This document shows positions 57,303-64,000 of a stretch of 64,000 nt of DNA, in pieces (the first letter of the stretch is position 1; each line of letters begins with the position of its first letter). Source of the DNA: Oceanispirochaeta sp. (GTDB lineage: Bacteria; Spirochaetota; Spirochaetia; DSM-2461); assembly GCA_963663385.2 (NCBI GenBank), contig CAXXXD010000002.1, forward strand, positions 1,120,001-1,184,000, in the 5' to 3' direction. Under the pieces are notes generated by a model. That model had not been told where the DNA came from. It ran no database searches and saw nothing but the letters and a program-made list of their open reading frames with translations. A program made the translations under genes and the position numbers.

Positions 57303-58016
57303 ATGTATAAATACTCCACAGGCTTTTCAGTTCTCATTTTCCTCCTGCTAATCAGTTTCGGCTGCCAGAAAAAGGGAGAGGGGATTCAGAGCGGTGAATC
57401 AGAGGGCTCCACGGAGGAGTCCCGTCCTGCTCTTGATAAAATCACTATGAACCGGAGCGGTGAAGCAGAGAATACCGAGAAAGAAGAGGAGCCTGTGAAG
57501 AAAGAAAAAGAGAGTATTGAAACGTTTTCCGGCCCTCTTTTCCTGCAGCAGATTCTTCCCCGCAGCCGGGTTCTGCCCGACGGAGATTACTGCGGTCCCT
57601 TTATGGATTTTATGTCTACGGATACTGATGAAAACAGGGCCGGGACTGTTCTCCGGAACTTCTTCCATACCTACAGGGCCGGTGTAATAGATTTCCGTTA
57701 CCTCTACGAAGATATGAATGTTTTTTTCCGGGAAGAACTGGAAATGTTTAAACCCCGCTGCGGCGAAATTGTCGGCTACCTGGCCGGCTCCTTTAAAACC
57801 TCCGCCAACCGGGGGAGTGTGCGGATTCGTCTGTACTCCGAAACAGGGTCCATTACGGGAATCCTCTACCTGATTTACCTGGATGAGAACTGGTATGTGG
57901 AGGACTGGGAGCTGCCCATATCCCTCTGGCCGGGGAGCCTCCCCCTTACACCCTCCGAGGGAGAGGGTCTAGAAATGAAAAACGCCCCTCTCGACTCCGC
58001 TCGTGGGGCTGAGTAG
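57303..58016 (+). CDS. Hypothetical lipoprotein
   Basis: ATG 57303, LLLISFGC lipobox-like signal, acidic linker. Confidence 0.7.
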   Translation: MYKYSTGFSVLIFLLLISFGCQKKGEGIQSGESEGSTEESRPALDKITMNRSGEAENTEKEEEPVKKEKESIETFSGPLFLQQILPRSRVLPDGDYCGPFMDFMSTDTDENRAGTVLRNFFHTYRAGVIDFRYLYEDMNVFFREELEMFKPRCGEIVGYLAGSFKTSANRGSVRIRLYSETGSITGILYLIYLDENWYVEDWELPISLWPGSLPLTPSEGEGLEMKNAPLDSARGAE

Positions 58017-58058
58017 AAGGAATATCATGATTATGATTTCTCGGCTTCGCTCGAAATC
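57938..58058. repeat. REP-like palindromes overlapping the 3' end of the lipoprotein gene
   Basis: CCCTC..GAGGG (57951-57967), GCCCC-tctCGACTCCGCTCGt-GGGGC (57984-58009), GATTTC-TCGGCTTCGCTC-GAAATC (58035-58058). Confidence 0.6.
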
Positions 58059-58080
58059 TGGTTTTCTTCTTATAAATATG

Positions 58081-58107
58081 AAAACTCCGGCGGATACCGG
58101 AGTTTTT
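58081..58107. terminator. Bidirectional terminator
   Basis: AAAACTCCGG-cggata-CCGGAGTTTTT. Confidence 0.8.
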
Positions 58108-58127
58108 CAATTTTCTGTTGTATTTTT

Positions 58128-58670
58128 CTAGCTTATAGGGATGCCCGCGTCTTTTCTGCGGAATGTTTTACCTACGGCTACGCAGTTGGCTTTTTGCGTA
58201 AAGACAACTCCCTCGTTCCAGTATTCCAGGGCGGCGAACATGGCATTTCCCCCGTCGTTATCATCACTCTCTTCTGTTCGGAAGGAAACAAAATCAGCCA
58301 GCTTTTCATAGTCTTCATGGTTCAGACAGTCGTTTCTCTGAACATTGAAACTGTTCCAGTCATCAATGGATTTGAATCCTTCCCCCTCATCTTCGATAAT
58401 GATACGGGCCTCATCTTCGGAAAAGGAGTACCAGACCTTCACAATCTTGTCTTTGTCGCTTTTATTGCCGTGTTTTACGGCATTTTTGATCAGTTCGCTT
58501 ACCTGCTGTTCCAGAAGGTTGATCTCCCGTATTTCGGGGGGGGCTTTTTGAACAATCAGAAGGGTGAAATAGCGGATCTGCCTGAAATCACTGGGAAACT
58601 CCTTATAAAACAGCCCCTCCTTATCCATTAACCTGTGATTATCATCCTGTAGAATTTTTTTCATGCTCAT
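58128..58670 (-). CDS. RsbW/SpoIIAB-like HATPase (anti-sigma kinase)
   Basis: SELIKNAVKHGN, IEDEGEGF; G2 box divergent (DGGNAM). Confidence 0.82.
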   Translation of the reverse strand: MSMKKILQDDNHRLMDKEGLFYKEFPSDFRQIRYFTLLIVQKAPPEIREINLLEQQVSELIKNAVKHGNKSDKDKIVKVWYSFSEDEARIIIEDEGEGFKSIDDWNSFNVQRNDCLNHEDYEKLADFVSFRTEESDDNDGGNAMFAALEYWNEGVVFTQKANCVAVGKTFRRKDAGIPIS

Positions 58671-58674
58671 TGTT

Positions 58675-59016
58675 CTAACCTTTCTGAAGTTTTAGTATAC
58701 CGTCTCTGAGAGTCTCTTCCATGGGGAAGTATCCTGTGAGCTTTGTCAATTCGATAACTTTTTTTACCGAACCGTGCACATTGGTTATGATCAGGCTGGC
58801 ATTTTTCTTTTTCAGGGCTGAACTGACAAAAATCAGGGCGCCGATTCCGCTGGAATCTATGTATTCAACCTTTTCCATGTTGATAATATAGAGGGATATA
58901 TTCTTTTCGAGCATTTTGCTGATCAGTTCCTTCAGCTTAAAAGCATTGTAAAGATCCATTTCTCCTTCGATATCTACAATGTATATATTTCCGCTTTTTC
59001 TAACTTTAAGTTCCAA
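58675..59016 (-). CDS. STAS anti-anti-sigma factor (RsbV/SpoIIAA-like)
   Basis: GEMDLYNA..LK, YIDSSGIGAL with phosphoacceptor Ser; TTG start 59016 after AGGAG. Confidence 0.9.
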   Translation of the reverse strand: MELKVRKSGNIYIVDIEGEMDLYNAFKLKELISKMLEKNISLYIINMEKVEYIDSSGIGALIFVSSALKKKNASLIITNVHGSVKKVIELTKLTGYFPMEETLRDGILKLQKG

Positions 59017-59155
59017 ACAAAAGCTCCTTGAGATCATTATGTTTCAGAAATGAAAATGTAAGTAAGTTCAAAGAAAATACCATTCACTAATCATTTATCA
59101 GAATCATAAATATTGTAACGGCCCTGCCGACGATTCGTCAAGAAAGAAACCAGCT

Positions 59156-59479
59156 TCATGAAGAAAACTGATCCTGAATGTCTTTGTAGATCTGTTTTCC
59201 CTCAGCCGAATCAAATCCGATGATTCTGATGCCGCAAACCTGAAAGCCTTCGTCATCGGTTTTCTGCCAGCGGACCTCTCCCTCCAGCCGGAAGCTTTTG
59301 ACAGAACCGTCCCGGGGGATAACCGTAATCTGTTCCACTGTGCCGGTCGGGGCTGAAACGGGCAGTATGGTTACATATTTAAACCCGTCGCTGCTTATAT
59401 CGCGCATATAACCGGGGATACCATTCATCAGTACTTTGGCATAACTGCTGTACCGGTCGTTCACTCTTTCATGGCTCAT
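59156..59479 (-). CDS. Stand-alone PilZ-domain protein
   Basis: RVNDR (RxxxR) and DISSDG (DxSxxG) motifs, GEVRW, GIRI. Confidence 0.8.
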   Translation of the reverse strand: MSHERVNDRYSSYAKVLMNGIPGYMRDISSDGFKYVTILPVSAPTGTVEQITVIPRDGSVKSFRLEGEVRWQKTDDEGFQVCGIRIIGFDSAEGKQIYKDIQDQFSS

Positions 59480-59996
59480 TACTGTAATTGCTCCTCATGG
59501 TTATAATTGTCCCTACGGTTTTCTCTTTATCCCAGGGAATATCGTTCTCTTCCTTATCATGGAAAGAGATGTGAAAATAATCAAAAGTTCTTTTTGTTAC
59601 CAGAAGTCCCATCCCGAACCGATTATAATTGTGTTTTTCCCTGTAATCCTGAAAGGATGAATCGTTTAAATCGATATCGGACACATCCCTGTTGATGTCA
59701 TAGGGAAGGCGGCCGATGTCAAAACCTCCTCCGGAATCCCGGATGATAATTTCAAGGTATTTATCATAAACGCTGAACCGGATAGTTATGGGAGCGTTGG
59801 TTTTCTGCTCCTTATGAGCTCTGATGGAGTTGTTTACCAGCTCCAGTATGGCATAGCGGATATGTTCAAGCTTGCTGTCCAGATCTGTAAAATACATATT
59901 ATGGAATTCTTTCAATAAAGCATTAAAATCCGAGCTTTTGGTGATATCAATTCTGACCGTTTTATATTTTTTTTCTTTATATTTAATATATCCCAT
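59469..59996 (-). CDS. Second RsbW-like HATPase
   Basis: LELVNNSIRAH, IRDSGGGF, GMGL. Confidence 0.8.
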   Translation of the reverse strand: MGYIKYKEKKYKTVRIDITKSSDFNALLKEFHNMYFTDLDSKLEHIRYAILELVNNSIRAHKEQKTNAPITIRFSVYDKYLEIIIRDSGGGFDIGRLPYDINRDVSDIDLNDSSFQDYREKHNYNRFGMGLLVTKRTFDYFHISFHDKEENDIPWDKEKTVGTIITMRSNYSNEP

Positions 59997-60043
59997 AGTT
60001 TATTATATAATGTAAGCACTAATTAATTGCCAGCAGGTTACAT

Positions 60044-63007
60044 ATGTTTTACATCTATTTCGAACTGGATAATAAAAAACAGCTTCTGAGCCTTTACAAT
60101 GACCGGATACAGGGGATTCTGAATAAGGTTGAATCCCTTCTGAATGAAGCCGGAGGCTCCCGTTACGGCGAAGAGGAAGATATTTTCCGCTTTGCCGCTC
60201 TCTATAAGGAAACCGCCCTCAATATTCTGGACTGTGCCGAAAAAATGAAGGCTTTTCTTGACAGTAATGAGGAGCATCTCTACGGTTATACGATCATCCT
60301 TTCGGCCGATCATGACGGAGAAGACCTGAGCATTCACTTTCATAACCTGTCGCTGCTGGCAGAGACGGAAAACGGGATCTGGCTGGAGCAGTCGGCTTTA
60401 AGCCGTTACAGCGCATTTATCGAGCCGGTGGATGATGAGGAGAATGTTCTTCTTCCGATAAAACTGAAAACGGAGAAGATGCTGTTTCTGGAAGATCTGT
60501 ACAGGAACTTCCTTCTGCGTCCCGATCAGACCTACCGTATAAAAAAAGAGATGAACGAGTGGCTCTATCGGGATAATGAACCGAGCGGGCTCTTTCTTCA
60601 AACCAGCGATCCTGATGAAACCCTCATGATTTTAAAGGATGTTTTTGAGGACGACCGGGCCCTGATAGAACAGTATCTGCTGATTGAACCGGCCAGGGAC
60701 TACTGGGATGCTCCCGAACCTCTGATTGTTTTTCTGAATCAGGGATTTCTGGATCAGGCCGGACAGTATCTGTCTCCCGACGAACAGTCCAGATGGAAGA
60801 AGGACGGTCCCTTTTTAAAGAAAATATGCCAGTCCGACTGGTACCTGCAGTGCTGCGATCAATTTAAAACGGATCTGATTAATGCTCTAACCCTCTACTG
60901 GTCCGCCTGCCTGAGGAAGCTGGATACCTATCCGACTCCTCCGGTTCTGATTATCCGGGAACCCGGCCTCTTTACAGCCCAGTCCATGGCGCTCCTTTAT
61001 GAGTTACTGGAAAATCTGATAATACAGCAGCCGGGGCAGAAATTCATTCTCCTTTCCAGGGAAGAGGATCTGCCTGAGATTTTTGAAAAAGATGTTTTGA
61101 GGACTCTGGATATTCCCCGGTCCAGAAGTGACGCCGCCATTAAAAAGGTCAATGATTCCTTTCCGGATACCACAGTTTCCATTGATGATATTATGAAAAC
61201 CTATACCCGGCTGGATCACTCCCTTTCTTCCCTTTTTTTTCACTTCTGGAATCTGAATGAGGATCACTTCAGCAACAGAACGGAACGTCCGGAATGGATT
61301 TTCCTTCAGAATCAGGACATTGTACTGCTTGAAATCCTCTATGTCTGCCTGTACAGCCGTTATTTTATTACCAGGGATCTGCTTATCTCCTTTTTTGAAA
61401 AAAGGAAGATTCCCGCTCCGGAAGTGGAGGAAAGGCTGAAGAGGCTGGAAAACCTTTCCTTTATCCGTTTCAATTCGGGAAGCTGCGGTGTCAGGGGAAG
61501 GCTGGATGCCGTCGAGTTTCTTGATAAGCACCCTGTTCTAAAACGGGCATCCCTGAATCAGGAGTTTTCCCGTTTTCTGGAAAAACAGTACAATAACAAG
61601 AACATCCGCACTTTGAGCGGCCTTTTTTCCTATCTGAACCTGGCGGGGGATATTGATTTCGGTTTGAAGATTCTGAACAGGATTCTGAATCACCTGCTGG
61701 ATCTGCGTCAGATCTCCCTGGCGGAGGATCTTCTTCATTCCCCTCTTTTCCCCAAGCGGGAGCTGGCCAACTTTCAGCAGGAGGGGCTGCATAATATTCT
61801 CTACGCAGGCAGGCTGAGATGCGCTCTGCTGAAACGGGACAGGAAGGATCTGGTTAAGAAAATGAATTCCGGTTATCTCTCCCTTATGCAGGCCCAGGGG
61901 GAGTATTCAGAGGAATTCCAGCTTCAGCAGGCTCACTACCATGCTGTCAACGGTGATTCCGATGCGGCTCTTATTGCGGTAAAAAAGAGCCTTTTCGCTT
62001 TTCAGAAAAACAGTGACCACTCCGGGGAGACCCGGGCGAATATTGCCCTGGCCCTGACCCTCCTTTCCCAGAGAAAGATGCAGGCCGCGGTGGATTACTT
62101 CGAGATTGCCATGAGGATTGGGGAGCAGCTGGAGGATAAAATCTCCAGTTTGTTCAGCAGCCGTTTTATGGTTCTGGCTGCCTACCTGTACGGGAATATC
62201 TCCATGGCTCTCCGTCTGCTGGAAAGCCAGATTGATAATGTTGCAAATGAGAGGAACCGGGAAACCCAGATTTTTCTGCTTTTTCTGAAGGGGCGAATCT
62301 TTTTTGAACTGGGCCGCTACTCCGAGTCTTTTAAAATCCTCAAAGAGGCTCTGCGCCTGGGCAAGCGTTACAATATGAAGTCCCAGATCCGTGTTATTTC
62401 GGCATGGATGGGACGTTCCCTCTGTTTCGGCCATAGTGAAAAGATTGCTCTGGATCTGCTGGAGAAGCAGCCTGTTTCGCTGGAGACGGCTTTTTTCAAG
62501 GCGGAGGCTCTCTATCTGGCGGGCAGCACGGGAAGGGCCCTGGAGATCCTTCAGGGGGCTATGAAGAAGTATGATAAAAGGAAGGAGTTTATCCACGAGC
62601 TGAACTGCTGGGAAGACGGTTACCGCCTGATTGAGGGGCATCTTTCGGATAACAGTTTTTATGAGGATGTTCTGTATGATCAGGTTCTGGGGTTCTACTA
62701 CTATCTGTTGGGAAAGAGCGGCCGTAAGCAGGAGGCTCTTGAGGGGCTGAAACCTCTGTGCCGGATGGATGCGGCGTATAATCAGCAGCCCTTCGGGTAC
62801 TACTTTTTCTTTTATGCCCATGATCTGATGCAGGATGATGACGATCTGAAGGGCGAGAACAATATGATTCTTCTTTCCCATGCGTTCAAGCTGCTTCAGA
62901 CCAGGGCGGGGCGCTTTGATAATCAGCAGATGAAGCATAGCTACTTCAGGAAGAATTACTGGAATAACGAGGTGGTTAAGAAGGCTCAGGAGATGAATTT
63001 TATTTAA
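60044..63007 (+). CDS. Large protein with C-terminal TPR-like repeats
   Basis: 987-aa ORF; helical repeats in C-terminal half. Confidence 0.75.
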   Translation: MFYIYFELDNKKQLLSLYNDRIQGILNKVESLLNEAGGSRYGEEEDIFRFAALYKETALNILDCAEKMKAFLDSNEEHLYGYTIILSADHDGEDLSIHFHNLSLLAETENGIWLEQSALSRYSAFIEPVDDEENVLLPIKLKTEKMLFLEDLYRNFLLRPDQTYRIKKEMNEWLYRDNEPSGLFLQTSDPDETLMILKDVFEDDRALIEQYLLIEPARDYWDAPEPLIVFLNQGFLDQAGQYLSPDEQSRWKKDGPFLKKICQSDWYLQCCDQFKTDLINALTLYWSACLRKLDTYPTPPVLIIREPGLFTAQSMALLYELLENLIIQQPGQKFILLSREEDLPEIFEKDVLRTLDIPRSRSDAAIKKVNDSFPDTTVSIDDIMKTYTRLDHSLSSLFFHFWNLNEDHFSNRTERPEWIFLQNQDIVLLEILYVCLYSRYFITRDLLISFFEKRKIPAPEVEERLKRLENLSFIRFNSGSCGVRGRLDAVEFLDKHPVLKRASLNQEFSRFLEKQYNNKNIRTLSGLFSYLNLAGDIDFGLKILNRILNHLLDLRQISLAEDLLHSPLFPKRELANFQQEGLHNILYAGRLRCALLKRDRKDLVKKMNSGYLSLMQAQGEYSEEFQLQQAHYHAVNGDSDAALIAVKKSLFAFQKNSDHSGETRANIALALTLLSQRKMQAAVDYFEIAMRIGEQLEDKISSLFSSRFMVLAAYLYGNISMALRLLESQIDNVANERNRETQIFLLFLKGRIFFELGRYSESFKILKEALRLGKRYNMKSQIRVISAWMGRSLCFGHSEKIALDLLEKQPVSLETAFFKAEALYLAGSTGRALEILQGAMKKYDKRKEFIHELNCWEDGYRLIEGHLSDNSFYEDVLYDQVLGFYYYLLGKSGRKQEALEGLKPLCRMDAAYNQQPFGYYFFFYAHDLMQDDDDLKGENNMILLSHAFKLLQTRAGRFDNQQMKHSYFRKNYWNNEVVKKAQEMNFI

Positions 63008-63183
63008 AACTCACTCTTTTTCTCATATACTGCGTTTGAAAAACGCTCATTTAGCATACTAAACTTCGCCTTTTTCAGCCTTGTCTATGATAAAAATAGT
63101 TGAGTTTTGGTTGCCGGTAGTGCTTGTTGATTAGTATTGGGAAAGCATGGTTTCAGGAAATAAAACTTTTTTTCGGAACCCTG

Positions 63184-63213
63184 TTGACAACTTTTCGGGG
63201 TTTAAGGTATATT
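63184..63213 (+). promoter_or_regulatory. Sigma-70 promoter of the tRNA
   Basis: TTGACA-N18-TATATT. Confidence 0.65.
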
Positions 63214-63229
63214 ACGCAAGCAATCGCAT

Positions 63230-63302
63230 GGTGGCGTAACTCAGTTGGTAGAGTAACCGGCTCATATCCGGTCTGTCAGGGGTTCAAGTCCCTTCGCCAC
63301 TA
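63230..63302 (+). tRNA. tRNA-Met(CAT), probably elongator; CCA not encoded
   Basis: Cloverleaf: GGTGGCG/CGCCACT, ACTC/GAGT, ACCGG-CTCATAT-CCGGT, AGGGG-TTCAAGT-CCCTT, discriminator A. Confidence 0.93.
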
Positions 63303-63305
63303 AAT

Positions 63306-63334
63306 AAAAAGCAGTCCTTTCGGGCTGCTTTTTT
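63306..63334 (+). terminator. Rho-independent terminator after the tRNA
   Basis: AAAAAGCAGTCC-tttc-GGGCTGCTTTTTT. Confidence 0.85.
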
Positions 63335-63354
63335 GTTTATAACCGGTAAAATGT

Positions 63355-63371
63355 CGAAGGGACTTGAACCC
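63355..63371 (-). repeat. Inverted copy of the tRNA T-arm
   Basis: CGAAGGGACTTGAACCC is the exact reverse complement of 63280-63296. Confidence 0.85.
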
Positions 63372-63432
63372 TTCTACAGTTATGTGTCTGAAGCTGATTA
63401 TTGGTTTTCTATGAGGGATAAGTTTCTTTATG

Positions 63433-63560
63433 AGCCCTCTTCCCTGACCCCCCGGTCACGCCCTGAGGTTGTTGCTCTGGCATGCATCCGGCTCTGGTCA
63501 CTCCGCTGCGCTGCGTTGCTCGAGTATGCATCCGGCTTCTCACAGGGGGAGACGGGGAAG
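63433..63560. repeat. GC-rich REP-like element
   Basis: CCCTCTTCCC...GGGGGAGACGGGG ends; ATGCATCCGGCT twice (63482, 63526). Confidence 0.45.
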
Positions 63561-63736
63561 TCTTGTTTTATTATTTTCTAACATTATATCTTGTTGAACT
63601 AATATGTCATTTCTATTATTTGAGTCCCTGTATCAGGGAGAGGTCTGTTCAACAGAGTAATGTTGTATAAGTTTCCTAAAATGGGAATGTTAATATTGAT
63701 TTATGGTAATTTATGACAAATAATTATTATATTGAT

Positions 63737-64000
63737 ATGAAGAGAATAAAACCAATAAAAAACGAAGAAGATTATGAATGGGCTCTGGAAGAAATCGAAG
63801 CGTACTTTGATGCTTCAGCGGGGAGTGATGAAGCTGATTATCGTGATGTTCTTGCCATTCTGGTAGAAAAATATGAAGAGGAAAATTATCCTGTTGATCT
63901 TCCTTCGCCAATAGACGCTATCAGGTTCCGTATGGATCAGCTGGGTTTAAATCAGAAAGATATGATTCCTTATTTGGGAAGCTTATCAAAGGTCTCTGAA
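63737..64000 (+). CDS. higA: HigA-like HTH antitoxin/regulator, partial (runs off the window)
   Basis: Hand translation MKRIKPIKNEEDYEWAL...LVEKYEEENYP...PIDAIRFRMDQLGLNQKDM..YLGSLSKVSE. Confidence 0.85.
   Translation, partial: MKRIKPIKNEEDYEWALEEIEAYFDASAGSDEADYRDVLAILVEKYEEENYPVDLPSPIDAIRFRMDQLGLNQKDMIPYLGSLSKVSE

Noticed and set aside
63230..63302. tRNA as initiator Met or Ile2
   Set aside because: No C1:A72 mismatch or three G-C anticodon pairs; G4-C69 and G5-C68 differ from the usual Ile2 pattern

Overview
Gene-dense chromosomal window from what is probably a free-living spirochaete (Spirochaetaceae-like; inferred from the 'LFAGGQQE' solute-binding signal peptide, the short rpoZ-miaA pair and several spirochaete-style TPR/hypothetical genes). 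It contains a sigma-54 activator with its promoter and enhancer-like repeats driving a NifX-like/DUF5320/MBL operon; three c-di-GMP enzymes; a TetR-MMPL-LolA-like-beta-barrel export locus; a Crp/two-component/YcjNOP-like sugar ABC/GT4/HAD region; housekeeping genes (rpoZ, miaA, an unannotated 29-aa bS22-like gene, dxs, DEAD-box helicase, pgeF, pgl, pth, mutL); an orphan adenine methyltransferase; a partner-switching cluster with a PilZ gene; tRNA-Met; and the start of a higA-like gene. No CRISPR array, rRNA, integrase or transposase was seen. The most unusual items are a pore-less voltage-sensor-HAMP membrane protein, a two-kinase/PilZ/STAS partner-switch operon, a SprA-like giant outer-membrane protein, a ParB-fold/metallophosphoesterase/pseudo-Mrr operon, a G-domain-less SelB-like protein, structured UTRs and a MinD-like tail on the DEAD-box helicase, and an antisense copy of the tRNA T-arm. 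All family calls are by-eye motif recognition; no searches were run.
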